Source of the DNA: Octopus sinensis
Lineage: Eukaryota
NCBI RefSeq assembly: GCF_006345805.1
Contig: NC_043000.1
Coordinates: 164,052,001 to 164,116,000 of the forward strand
DNA length: 64,000 bases
Direction: 5' to 3'
Shown: positions 1 through 11,550 of the stretch, piece after piece
How the letters are laid out: the number at the start of each line of letters is the position of its first letter
Numbering within the stretch: position 1 is the first letter of the stretch
Program-made: the position numbers and the translations under genes
The notes under the pieces: model-generated
What the model was told of the DNA's origin: nothing
Seen by the model: the letters and a program-made list of their open reading frames with translations, nothing else
The model's database searches: none

Positions 1-32
<32 letters not shown>

Positions 33-33
33 G

Positions 34-76
<43 letters not shown>

Positions 77-85
77 GTAGATAGG

Positions 86-180
<95 letters not shown>
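1..180. repeat. (GATA)n microsatellite
   Basis: Near-perfect ATAG tetranucleotide run with a few GTAG variants. Confidence 0.98.
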
Positions 181-182
<2 letters not shown>

Positions 183-454
183 TAAACTTGAGCAAATTCG
201 ATTCTAGTATCGGGAGAAACTTTGTGCAAGTATGAAAGCACGCTGGCAAAACACAGCCCTTCTAAATGGAAACCTTACCTGTCATTGTGCTTTTGTGGCA
301 CGAAGTAAAGCAGGCCTTGTCATCCACTCAAGAAAACACAGTAAATGATCCACTAGCACTTGAGCAATCTGAATCCTCAACTTGTTCCTTTTGCCGAAAG
401 GTCTGCAAGGCACCAGCAAGCCTCAAGAGTCACATTCATGTCCATGGAAGATGA
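181..454 (+). mobile_element. Degenerate 3' end of an RTE-type LINE ORF with two C2H2-like zinc fingers
   Basis: One frame (280-348) reads CHCAFVARSKAGLVIHSRKH; a second frame reads CSFCRKVCKAPASLKSHIHVHGR*. An upstream in-frame stop and the frameshift indicate decay. Terminal CxxC-x12-HxxxH fingers are typical of RTE/RTE-X ORF C-termini. Confidence 0.55.
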
Positions 455-519
455 CTACCGCTTTATTTTACTGAACCCTTGTTCGTCGTTCACGACGAGA
501 GAATCCATCATGTATATAC

Positions 520-720
520 TCTTTTACAGTCATTTGACTGCGGCCATGCTGGAGCAGCGCCTTTAGTTGAACAAATCGACCCCAGGACTTATTCTTTGTA
601 AGCCTTGTACTTATTCTATCGGTCTCTTTTCCGAACCGCTAAGTTTCAGGGACATAAACACACCAACATCGGTTGTCAAGCGATGGTTGGGGGACAAATA
701 CAGACACAAAAACACAGACA
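520..720 (-). mobile_element. SINE fragment (3' half)
   Basis: Highly similar to 6720-6900 in this window (gcggccatgctggagcagcgcctttagt...caacatcggttgtcaagcgatg). Confidence 0.8.
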
Positions 721-725
721 TAAAC

Positions 726-757
<32 letters not shown>

Positions 758-760
<3 letters not shown>

Positions 761-1865
761 AGCATTAAAGACCCGTCGTTGCCGGGTCATAGTGCTAGTG
801 CATGTATATATGTGTATATATATGTGTACATATTACATGTACATCTATATATATATATATACACATCTACACATAAAATACAAAATACAAAGTTATATCT
901 TGATATCACTAGTCTCATAGCAGCAATTCCACCAAATGATGTCAATGGTCATCTTCGAACCCGAAGGACGAACATTAGTGATAACGATACTCAAAATATA
1001 TAACAGACTGGAATTGTTAGCCCGTCTCTTGCAATTTCGATCAATTGTATCTTGTCCTCCCTCTTGTATAGAAGTGTGGCTACAATCCAGCCTACCTCTA
1101 CTACTGAGGGGGGGGGGGCATTTAAAATTTTTTTCCGGGACGTCCTACGTCCCAGATATAAAGGTAAAAATAAAATATTTCCACTTTGCAAGTTCGAGTC
1201 GAGTACTCCCTTGCACGCTCCGTTGACTCGAACCTTGCTTCTATTGTGGCGAATTTACCGCCTCTGATTAGATATCTTTCATAGTCGCACCAAGACACTT
1301 TTCGAAGGTGCTTTCTTCCATGTGTTCAAATCTTTTTTCTCTACATTGTATACTTTATAGACAATAGTATTTTCTTTAATTTAATTTTTTATTATCCATC
1401 TGGACTATTCCATTTCTGCACGCTAATTTTATGTTTAATTTATTCCCATTCATGTGAAACCACTTATTCAAGTTCAAGTCATTGATGCAATTTTATACCA
1501 ATTGCTATTTTTACTTTTTTTTATGTTACGATTATATTATACTTTAGTTTTATTTTAATTACTACTTACTACATATAATTCAATTGTTATTATTATTTTT
1601 ATTGTTAAAGTGAAAGTATCTGACATAAAATAGAGAAATGTTTTTGTTTCACTTTTAACACGTAATACTGAAATAGTGGAGAAGATATGATATTGCTATG
1701 GGCTCGCTCTAGGCAAGAAGTTGAACATTTTTTTGCCCATGAAACTACATGGACCCTAAGTAAGGCATGTGTAAAACTTGAATGAAATTGGTTGTGTAGT
1801 TCTCAAGTTTTAGGGAAACACACAGACAGACAGACAGACATTCTCGGTTTTATATATATAAAGAT
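758..1865 (+). mobile_element. Non-autonomous Helitron/Helentron-type element (Lep1/DINE-1/HINE-like)
   Basis: Begins ACTAGC followed by hairpin GACCCG-tcgttgc-CGGGTC (770-788); ends with aaattggttgtgtagttctcaagttt, a (CAGA)n tract and ttttatatatataaaga. This matches Lep1/DINE-1-type architecture. Confidence 0.6.
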
Positions 1866-1867
1866 AT

Positions 1868-1958
1868 ACACGACGGACTTCTTTCAGTTTCCATCGACCA
1901 AATCTACCCACAAGGATTTGGTCGACCCGAAGCTATAGGAGAAGACACTTGCCTAAGG
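1868..1958 (-). mobile_element. SINE fragment
   Basis: Reverse complement reads ...ttaggcaagtgtcttctcctatagcttcgggtcgaccaaatccttgtgggtagatttggtcgatggaaactgaaagaagtccgtcg; related to the segment at 6985-7020. Confidence 0.7.
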
Positions 1959-1959
1959 G

Positions 1960-2265
1960 TTAAGGCATGTGGTTCACGATCGTAAGGTCGTGAGTTCAAT
2001 TCCCGGCTACGCGTTGTGTCCTTGAGCAAGACACTTTATTTCACGTTGCCCCAGTCCACTCAGCTGGCAAAAAATGAGTTGTACCTGTATTTCAAAGGGC
2101 CAGCCTTGTCACACTCTGTGTTATGCTGAATCTCCCTGAGAGCTACGTTAAGGGAACACATGTCTGTGGAATACTCAGCCACTTGCACGTTAATTCCACG
2201 AGCAAGCTGTTCCGTTGATCCGATCAACTGGGACCCTCGTCGTAGTAACCGACGGAGTGCTCCTT
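1960..2265 (+). mobile_element. tRNA-derived SINE, near full length
   Basis: B-box-like GAGTTCAATTCC, then GTGTCCTTGAGCAAGACACTT central domain; a partial second copy lies at 3560-3810. Confidence 0.8.
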
Positions 2266-2269
2266 TTTA

Positions 2270-2535
<266 letters not shown>

Positions 2536-2592
2536 AGATATAAATAGTCCCATACTAAATGATTTTCTTTCTATTCAGTATTGGACTGCTGC

Positions 2593-3195
2593 TATGTCGG
2601 GGCATATGTCGGGGCAACCCTATTTCGGGGCAACCCTATTTCGGGGAACCCTATTACGGGGCCCCTATTCGGGGCAACCCTATGTCGGGCACCCTATTAC
2701 GGGGCAACCCTATTTCGGGGCTCCTATGTCGGGGAACCCTATTCGGGGCAACCCTATTTCGGGGCAACCCTATTCGGGGCAACCCTATTCGGGGCAACCC
2801 TATGTCGGGGCAACCTATTCTAACCCTATGTCGGGGCACCCTATTTCGGGGCAATCCTATGGGGGGGCAACCCTATTTCGGGGCAACCCTATTTCGGGGC
2901 AACCCTATTACGGGGCAACCCTATGTCGGGGCAACCCTATGTCGGGGCAACCCTATGTCGGGGCAATCCTATGTCGGGGCAACCCTATGTCGGGGCAACC
3001 CTATTTCGGGGCAATCCTATGTCGGGGCAACCCTATGTCGGGGCAACCCTATTTCGGGGCAACCCTATTTCGGGGCAACCCTATTACGGGGCAACCCTAT
3101 GTCGGGGCAACCCTATTCGGGGCAACCCTATGTCGGGGCAACCCTATGTCGGGGCAACCCTATGTCGGGGCAATCCTATGTCGGGGCAACCCTTT
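2593..3195. repeat. 15-16 bp minisatellite, consensus GGGGCAACCCTAT(G/T)TC, roughly 37-38 copies
   Basis: Tandem GGGGCAACCCTATGTC, ...TTTC, ...TTAC and ...TTC variants. All three + frames are open only because the repeat lacks stops. Confidence 0.95.
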
Positions 3196-3559
3196 AAAGA
3201 ATTTAATCGAACAAATTGGCCCAAGTCCTTATTTTTGTCTCATTAAGTTAGATACTTATTCTGCGTGTGGACAGGCTTCCGTCTGAGATGTCAGATGAAC
3301 CCACATGGCGGCAGGAGACGCAAAGAATGGCAGCTCCGTCCAAAACTTCACCAAAAACAATACCGGAAACAACAGCGAATAACTACAGGTGGTGCATCAG
3401 TATGACCTCAGCCCTGGGCTGAAACCAGTAGAAGATAAGAAATAGTAGATAGCGTTCTCTTTTACCGAACCGTTAGAAAACAGCGATGTAAGCAAACGTC
3501 GATTGTGAAGCGGCGGCGGTGGCGGTGGTGGAACAAGCACAAACATGCGGCGCATTGTG

Positions 3560-3810
3560 TCGCTGAGCGAGGCCCCTTATTTCACGTTGCTCCAGTCTTC
3601 TCCACTGGGAAAAAAATAAGTCGTACCTCTAACTCAAAGGGCCAGCTTGGTAGCATTCAGTGTCACGCTGAATCTCTCTAAGAACTATGTTAAGGGTACA
3701 CATGTGTCTGTGGAGTACTCAGCCACTTACACGTTAATTTCATGAACAGTAATTTCAGTTAACTGAATCAAGTGGAACTCTAGCCGTAAAATCGACGGAG
3801 AACCAGGTGT
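3560..3810 (+). mobile_element. SINE fragment, same family as 1960-2265
   Basis: Shares ttatttcacgttgc...gctgaatctc...ttaagggtacacatgt...cagccactt.cacgttaatt with 2036-2200. Confidence 0.75.
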
Positions 3811-3845
3811 GCTTGTACATATAATATATACATACATATATATAT

Positions 3846-3880
<35 letters not shown>

Positions 3881-4208
3881 CATACATACATACGTACGTA
3901 CATACACAAGGACAAAAAACACAGACTCGCGCGCACACACACACACACACACACACAAATACATGCGCGTGCGCGTGTATAAGTGGATGATTTTTTTTTC
4001 TTTTGTTCGGTGGCGAAGGAGGACATAAGTGGTTTTAAATTAAACATTCTTAATCAACGTTGTTTCTTAATGACAGAAGAGAAAGAAAGATGGAGACTAT
4101 GAGAGTGAGATGTAACAGAGAAATAGAGAGAAATAGAAGAAGGAGACGGGAGTGAGGGAGGGGAAGGTTGAAGGGTGTCACAATGCGCTGACTCAACAAT
4201 TTCTCCTG

Positions 4209-4216
4209 TATATAAG
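4209..4216 (+). promoter_or_regulatory. Candidate TATA box (TATATAAG) of the Gly-rich peptide gene
   Basis: TATATAAG about 30 nt upstream of an Inr-like CATCACA (about 4239-4245); a CAG|GTAAAT donor follows at 4304/4305. Confidence 0.4.
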
Positions 4217-4240
4217 TCAGAAGCTTTGCAGTCCAACCAT

Positions 4241-4304
4241 CACATCTGTCCTCAAGACACCAACACAGAGAACTCTCCCAGATTTTAGTTTCTGTTTATT
4301 ACAG
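4241..4304 (+). other. Putative non-coding exon 1 (5' UTR) of the Gly-rich peptide gene
   Basis: Lies between the TATA/Inr and the donor CAG|GTAAAT, contains no ATG, and would splice to the strong acceptor at 7520-7521. Confidence 0.35.
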
Positions 4305-6719
4305 GTAAATTTTCTACTGTATCCTTCTTCACCTCTCTTCTTTTCTTATTTGATATTTATTTTCTGAAATTCGTGTTTAGGGAGAGACAAGTATTCACTT
4401 GTTTTCTCAATGGTTTGCGGTAAATGCAAGGCGGTTGCAACTTTCTTTTACTTCGTCATAGTGAAAATGAGATTCTCTAAGTTTCTATAGTCATCTATAA
4501 TTGTTTTTAAATATATATTGTGAAGGTATCAGCAAAATTCAATAATTAATTTCTGTGAAGGAATGGATCCACTAATAGAAACGATCATTTTCTTTTAAAA
4601 TAGAGAATAGATGACATTCATATCATAATGAACCCATTGAAATGGTTACCATGGTTACCTAATGCTTTCTACAAACTCATCGGAAGTTGTAAACTCAATA
4701 TTGTCGTCTAATTTATCATTCTACATCGTCTTTCTTTCCAACAGCAATGAGATGTTTCATATCATATATATATATCTATCTATCAGCTAGAGTGGGGAAG
4801 AGATGTATGTTAAGTGGAGGCGTTCTTCTGAAGGATATTGAAACAAAAGATCAGAGCCGTCTTCCAGAAACTTGTCGGCATAGCGTCCCACCGAAATTCC
4901 TATACCAGTTTATGTAATGAGCATTAGATTTCTTGCATGAATCCCTCGGAGGTATATAACCAGCTTGACATGACTGTGTCTGTGAGGTTAAAAGCGAAGC
5001 TTTACGCGTTTAATTAGCAAGTCCAGTTGGGTTTCATGATATCGAAAAGAAGTCGACATAACGATCGGTTGCATATTATTGTTTACTCACAGACATCATT
5101 GTTACAAGCAGAGTTAATTTCCAAAGGTTTTCCAACCGTGAGCATTCCATTGTTTTCCTTTCGTACAATATGTCTTTATTTTCCAAAATGGCATGTTGTG
5201 ACTGGGGGGAGATTTTGGCCACTATTTCTAACACATCAAGCATCTACATAGTGGCTTTCATGTTGTTTCGTGCAGTGCAAAGTGAAAAGATCTTAAATGG
5301 GGATAACAACGTTATGTAAGAAGGTAAACTGGCAGCAAGTTGGTGGTGGCGATGTTTAGTCCTAAGTCGGCCATGATTCAACAAACTTATGATCAAAGCT
5401 GTTCCAGCGACCATCATTCAGTCTTTCTTTCATGCAGTATATCTAGAAAGTATTAGCCAATGTCTTTACTTTTTTAAAGGTAGCTAAGTGTTATTTGAAG
5501 CAAATTTGGCTGTAACTTCTAGCAAGTCGATTACTGCCTAGAGGCTTCCTCGTTGGCTTACCTATCACAGTTCAAGTTTAGTCCTGAGCCAGACCTGATC
5601 AATCAGGCCTGTAACCTAAAACATTCTAAGCGTTCGTTTATTGTGTCAAAGGTTTAGTGTTTGCAATACAATCTTCTATCACCTTCCGTTAATCACTTCA
5701 AATCTACGAAATCCCCATATTAAGAGAGAGGGAAAAGAAATACTCGGTATTTTCTGAAAAGATAGCTAGATCCTCAGCCATTATATCATAACAGAGTCTT
5801 GGGAGTCCTGTCCAGTGCTGTGTAGAGTTACACATCGGGATACTTCAGGCAGATTATTTCTTATCAGCGAAGATGAATATAAAGTGTTATTGGTTTGTTC
5901 AACCAGATTATATCGCTGCATTCAAAGCTTACTTTGTAGTTGGATGATATCCACTTGCAAATTCACGGTGGCCTAGGAAGGATACAGGAAGCATTCCTAT
6001 GAACGAAATCTGACAGAAAGTGGGAATGTAGTATGAATAGAAGAAGAGCAAAAACAGGATATAAGATATTTCCAGTCAAGATTCAACATCGTGTTTTTGA
6101 AAATATTCATCATCAATTTTAGTGTTAAGCAGCCTGTGGCTCGTCCGAAAAAGACGTATTGTTCTCCAGCTACAGAAAAGAGACATGATTTGTTTCGTAA
6201 ATTTAAAATAACAAATTGTACAATATACTTGAAAAAGAAAACTATTTCACAAACAAAACATGAAGTGTGCTTGCAGATTCTGTTTCACTAATTACACACA
6301 CTAGCATCGCAGGTGTCATATATTCCAAAGTAATCGCCTGACTTGCTAGGAAACGCATCAAGATCACACCCAATCGCCTGAAAAAGAAGGACACATTGAA
6401 TAATATTGTCCTAGATTCACTATATCTAAATTTAAAGACGGGGTGTTCGTGACCAGATTGTTTTTGATCATGAGTCTGCTCGACCAAGATCAACAACTAA
6501 CGTCAGAGAGTTTTGCTTGGTTTTGTCTGTCTTCTTTGCTGTTTTCTTTCAAAGAAATAAACCACAATTACATTATTAAAACTTAACTTCTTTACTAGTT
6601 TATTTAGGAAATAATATAAGTACTTTTTCTTTTTTCTGCAGTTTCTTTTATTTAGAAAATCTGTCTGGCGCTTTCTTTTTAGCATTTTCTCTATTTAATA
6701 CATCATACCATTCTTTTAG

Positions 6720-6898
6720 CTGTTTCAGTCATTTAACTGCGGTCATGCTGGAGCAGCGCCTTTAGTCGAACAAATCGACCCCAGGACTTATTCTTTGTAA
6801 GCCTAGTACTTACTCTATCGGTCTCTTTTGCCGAACCGTAAGTTACGGAGACGTAAACATACCAACATCGGTTGTCAAGCGATGATTGGGGTGTGACA

Positions 6899-6968
<70 letters not shown>

Positions 6969-7085
6969 ATATATATATATACATACGACGGGCTTCTTTC
7001 AGTATCCGTCTACCAGATCCCCTCACAACCCGGAACCATGTGGTTGGGAAGCAAGCTTCATACCACTCATACCACTCAGCCACTC
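6720..7085 (-). mobile_element. SINE with internal (CA)n(TA)n tract
   Basis: Same family as 520-720 and 1868-1958. Confidence 0.8.
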
Positions 7086-7242
7086 ATACCACTCAGCCAC
7101 TCCTGTGCCTCGTGGCAGAACACAACAAAGGATCCGCATTTCTCTTCGTAATGCTGAGATTCTTTGACGCAGCCGAGTTGCGTCAAAGAATCTCAATTAT
7201 GTCCTCTTGAATCAAATTAACGTTCTCTGACAGAATCGTTAG

Positions 7243-7439
7243 TATGCCGGACAAAATGCTGAGCAGCATTTCGTTCGTCTTCGTGTTTTAAGTTTAAATG
7301 CCACCGAGGTCGACTTAGCCTTTCATCCTTTCGAAATCGATAAATTAAGTACCAGTTGGGCACTGGGGTTGATATAATCGATTAGCCCCACGACCCACAA
7401 ACTTTCAGGCCTTGTGCCAATAGTAGAAAGGATTATATT

Positions 7440-7440
<1 letters not shown>
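7243..7440 (+). mobile_element. SINE carrying the GTCGACTTAGCCTTTCATCCTTTCG...GATAAATTAAGTACCAG domain
   Basis: Near-identical copy at 61590-61770; reverse copies near 9750-9930, 10560-10690, 23100-23320, 24780-25000 and 62790-63010. Confidence 0.8.
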
Positions 7441-7476
<36 letters not shown>

Positions 7477-7539
7477 TTCCATCTTTTTGTTTCATTTCTT
7501 TTTTTCTCTCTTCTCTTGCAGACTCTCCAACAAGTCAAC

Positions 7540-7833
7540 ATGATGAAACTCGCCGTTTTCCTCTTTGCTGTGATTGCTGTGGCAATGGCTGCCGAATCGC
7601 TGGTTCGTGAACGCCGAAGCGTCGGTTATGGCGGTTATGGACATGGCGGCGGATATGGCGGTGGATATGGCGGTGGAAATGGCGGTTTTGGACACGGCGG
7701 ATATGGAGGCTACGGTGGTTATGGACATGGAGGCTATGGTGGTGTTGGACATGGAGGCTATGGTGGTGTTGGACATGGTGGCTATGGGCACGGTGGCTAT
7801 GGCGGCTATGGGCACGGTGGCTACGGACATTAA
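7540..7833 (+). CDS. Secreted Gly/Tyr/His-rich peptide precursor (97 aa: signal peptide, RERR propeptide site, 71-aa mature peptide)
   Basis: MMKLAVFLFAVIAVAMA-AESLVRERR-SVGYGGYGHGGGYGG...GHGGYGH*. Preceded by a polypyrimidine tract and acceptor ttctcttgcag (AG 7520-7521), start context CAACATG, AATAAA at 7975-7980. Gly codons vary (GGT/GGC/GGA), as expected for coding sequence. Confidence 0.9.
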   Translation: MMKLAVFLFAVIAVAMAAESLVRERRSVGYGGYGHGGGYGGGYGGGNGGFGHGGYGGYGGYGHGGYGGVGHGGYGGVGHGGYGHGGYGGYGHGGYGH

Positions 7834-7974
7834 AAGCATTCTTGTCTTTTAATTGCGCATCGGATTTTTCAGAAAGCAGTGCCACATGAGATTTGGAATT
7901 AAGTTGTTTTTGTTTGGGTTTGTTTTCGTTTTTTTTTTGTTTTTTGTTTTTTTTTTACAATACAAAATTCTTTA

Positions 7975-7980
7975 AATAAA
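7975..7980 (+). terminator. Polyadenylation signal AATAAA of the Gly-rich peptide gene
   Basis: First AATAAA about 140 nt after the stop, in a T-rich 3' UTR. Confidence 0.6.
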
Positions 7981-8189
7981 CGTTATTATACATGAAAAAA
8001 TCTCGTTTTTTATTTTTTGCGTTTATTATCTACGTTTTTTCTTTTACCATTTCAAAAATTTGCCTTTTTTTCCGTTAATGAATTTCTTTTATCAAAAACA
8101 CAAATTTGTTCAAATGACAATAAAAGCTATATTTCTTCATAACACTGGAATTTTGTCTGCTGTATTCATGTGAATACCTTTGGCCAGCA

Positions 8190-8460
8190 AACACACTGTC
8201 TTCTCTCTCTACTGTTTCTGCTGTTTCCGCAAGGACCGCTACTTCCCAAAATTAGCCAATTCCATGCCACCTCCATCCAGTTCTCTTCTTTTCATCACCC
8301 ATACATATTGTGTTACCCTACATAGGCAGCGCACTAACTCCTACATCAAATCCCCGCTTCCTGGAATGTCATGCAACTGGAATTTACTATCCACGCATGT
8401 ATTATTTTTACCTGCTGTTATTGACTTTGAAGTCAATCATAACGATCTTATCAGTCTAGG
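8190..8460 (+). mobile_element. Decayed 3' end of a CR1/Jockey-like LINE ORF2
   Basis: Translation ...KLANSMPPP...HTYCVTLHRQRTNSYIKSPLPGMSCNWNLLSTHVLF... resembles the LINE C-terminal RT..Y..SF......WN.LP motif. Confidence 0.5.
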
Positions 8461-8758
8461 GGGGAATTTGAAAATCATGACCACAGTTCCTTCCGCTTGA
8501 CTAAACTTTTCTTTTCAGTTTTTTTTAGGGGTAAAAATTAAAGATATTTCCATCTAACAATGAAATTTTGCTCGCTTGACAATGAACTAGATTTTCATAT
8601 TTCCGGGATTGTTTCTTATTTTATACATTCATACATAAATATTTTCTTCCTTCTCCAGTGAATGAAGCCTTGCTATTGTTGTTTGTGCTGGTAGTGTTAG
8701 TGTTTTACATTCTGTTGCTATTATTACTCGAGTCACTGCTGTCGTAGTATTTGTTGCT

Positions 8759-8826
8759 GTCTTCTTTCTCTTCTTCTTCTTCTTCTTCTTCTTCTTCTTC
8801 TCTTCTTCTTCTTCTTCTTCTTCTTC
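8759..8826. repeat. (CTT)n microsatellite
   Basis: Direct inspection. Confidence 0.95.
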
Positions 8827-9029
8827 CAATCAGGACTCACGCCATTAGCCACAAAGAATAATCTCTAATTCGAGCCTACTCTAAGCTACTAAGAATGCGT
8901 GCGGCAACTTGAATATTTTCCCACCACACGCGATAGAATGGCGGCTGCACGGGCGCGAAAGCTACGTTGTTATTCTCATTCCATAAATGGTGGCTTTTAA
9001 CGGGTGGAGAGCTGAACCATCCTAGGGTA

Positions 9030-9285
9030 CAGAGGATTCGCAATCTAGACTAGGGTCTGAAAGTTTACCACACCGTAGTGGGTTACACCATGGTTCCTCT
9101 GCTTTGTGGCAGAAGTAGGAAGAAAGAGTGAAAGTTGTTGTGAAAGAGTACAGCGGGGGCTCACAACCCACCTCCCGCCGGAGCCTCGTGGAGCTTAGGT
9201 GTTTTTGCTCAATAAACACTCACAATGCCCGGTCTGGGAATCGAAACCGCGCTCTTAAGACCGCGAGTCCGCTGCCATTGCGCCT
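9030..9285 (-). mobile_element. tRNA-derived SINE (family of 11320-11550 and 60930-61240)
   Basis: gggaatcgaaaccgcg...ccgcgagtccgctgcc is the reverse of the A/B-box head; aaagagtacagcggggg.tcac...gccggagcctcgtggagc is shared with 61075-61130. Confidence 0.8.
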
Positions 9286-9969
9286 CCACATTATTCGTTG
9301 TCGTTGCCGACGTAATTGCTCATCAGGCTGGCGGTGGTGGTGTCTTTTTTTATTTCTGCTGCTTTAGTGGTGGCCACGGTTGCAATGGACTCTTCTCTCC
9401 ATCAGGTATTTCTGCAAGCTCCTTTATCGAACATTGATCTTGCTACAACTATTATTATTTTTGTTGTGGTTCTTATTCTTGTTACTGCTACTACTTTTTC
9501 TTAATTACAGTACATCTGTAGTATTGCGTGGTGGGAGTTGACTGCGAACCACAGCTTTATCTGCACAATCTCTTCTAACTTTTTTTGCTGGCCGTCCAGT
9601 GAAGACAAACCCATGATGAAAAATTTTACTATGCTTCAAAAAAAGTTCTTTCTGTTAAAAATTTACCCACTTGGGCAAATAACAAAAACGGTTCATCAGT
9701 CCCTTGTGGTTCTAGTCAACCCCAAAACAGTATAGAAAACAACCCGGTAGAAATTTTAGGGGGAATGGTTTAGTCGATTATATCACCCCCAGTACAGGAC
9801 TGGTACTTTGTTTTATCGACCCTGAAAATATGTAAAGAAAATCGTTCGGCATAATTGGAACTCAAAATGTAAAGAGACGAAACAAACACTGCTTAGCATT
9901 TTGTCAGGTGCTCTAACAATTTTGTCAGCCCATCACATTAATAATAATAATAATATAATAATAATAATA

Positions 9970-10562
9970 TTATCAGTAAATGCCCTGATGCAGTACCAGG
10001 CAATGGCTCTCATGGCTTCTGATCTTAACTGATTGCAAGTGTTATCATGTACATTGTTTTGTCTTGGTATAAAAGATGGGCTACAGCAAATATTCTGCTC
10101 AATACCACAGATTTGCTTGTCAGCTGTTTGACCCTAACCAGTTGAGCATGTCCCTTAGTGACTGACGATATGTGCATCTCTGATCACAAGCAGAAGTAGT
10201 GGAGGAGCACCATAGCCATGTGTTGAAAGGAATTCTTAGAGGTTTGGATAATTCCCCTTTGGAAACATGGGTGGTTCGTTCAACATCCTTAAACAATCCT
10301 TATTCAGGGACCTTTTGAGCGGGATGGGCTACTCGACCAGAAGACAATTCTAACTGGGGCCCCACCTGCAAGGTCATGTGCTGTTTATCTTGATATTAGA
10401 TCACCATGTCGCGCACACATGGTTGTGATGCATGTGCCTAGAGTACCCTTTTCAGACGGGTAGTTATGATGGGTATACTGGGCTTCGTATATTTTACCCC
10501 AGTGTCACTTTGATGGCATGCATTGCTCTCTCACTCAATAATAATAATAATAATAATAATAA
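9970..10562 (+). mobile_element. About 550-bp interspersed repeat with (AAT)n tail (LINE 3' end or long SINE)
   Basis: A second, clearly homologous copy lies at 23340-23825 (aaatattctgctcaataccacagatttg ... ctctctcactcaataataat). Confidence 0.75.
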
Positions 10563-11319
10563 TCCTTTCTAGTATAGGCACAAGGCCTGAACATTCAGGG
10601 GAGGGGAGTAATCGATTACATCGAGCCCTATGTGCAACTGGTACTTGATTTATCAACTCCGAAAAGGTGCGGCATTTGAACTCAAAACTTTCAATTAGTC
10701 TAAATCATTAGTGGTTGTTGTTGTTTAGACATACAGATATATATTAGACAGATTATCAGAAGCCTTTAAGCCATGATCATCCTATCTTTTCATATACCTA
10801 GGATTACGTTATCCAGTTTAATTACATAAATTACATTTCCTTTGTGTACGATGTGAACTTAAAGATATTTGCTTACTTTGAATGACTGTATCGAGGTTCC
10901 TAAATCAGAAACTAGAAGTCTGGAGTTCCGTTGTATTTTCATTATTTACAAGTTCAATATTGACAAAGGAGGCAGTGTTTGTTCAAAGTAGTATTCTGTG
11001 TATAGCATACATTTACAGTCAGAAAGTCACAAAATTGTGGCTTTCCTCTTTAGAAAATTTCTTGTATAGACGTACAGAACTAAAAAGAACAGATGTCCAA
11101 GTAGCAGACAAAAAGCGTCCAGAATGATTAACAAATCCCTTCTGTCACAAATAGCTGACAGGGTGGGCAAAAATTCATTAGCAATGGATGTATGAACTCA
11201 AAATAGCAATCTGTATATCTTAACATGGATATACTGTTTTGTGGCTTTCCACGGCGTATCCACATTAAGTAAGACACACACAATGCTGTTATATAAAAAT
11301 TTCAGCAATATTACAGATG

Positions 11320-11550
11320 TGGAGGCGTAATGGCCCAGTGGTTAGCGCAGCGGACTCGCGGTCGGAGGATCGCGGTTTCGATTCCCAGACTGGGTGTTGT
11401 ATGCGTTTAAAAGCACCACGAGGTTCCGGCAAGGGGTGGTGGCAACCACAACTTTTTCTTCCTGTTTCTTGAGTAACGCTGGAGGGGAACACACGCTCCA
11501 CAGAAACCGGGAAACCGGGTCCATGAGCCTGGCTAGGCTTGAAAAGGGCG
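11320..11550 (+). mobile_element. tRNA-derived SINE
   Basis: A-box TGGCCCAGTGG and B-box GTTTCGATTCC; homologous to 60930-61240. Confidence 0.85.

Noticed and set aside
2559-3286. 212-230 aa ORFs over the minisatellite (GNPMSGQPY repeats)
   Set aside because: All three frames are open because the 16-bp unit lacks stops; the frame shifts with each unit; no splice or start context
3250-3440. Possible LINE 3' end (DRLPSEMSDEPT) after the minisatellite
   Set aside because: Similarity too short to call a family
7492-7885. Antisense and alternate-frame ORFs (His-rich, Met/Ala-rich) over the Gly-rich gene
   Set aside because: Shadow frames of the GGN/TAY/CAY codon repeats; only the + frame has a signal peptide, cleavage site, acceptor and polyA signal
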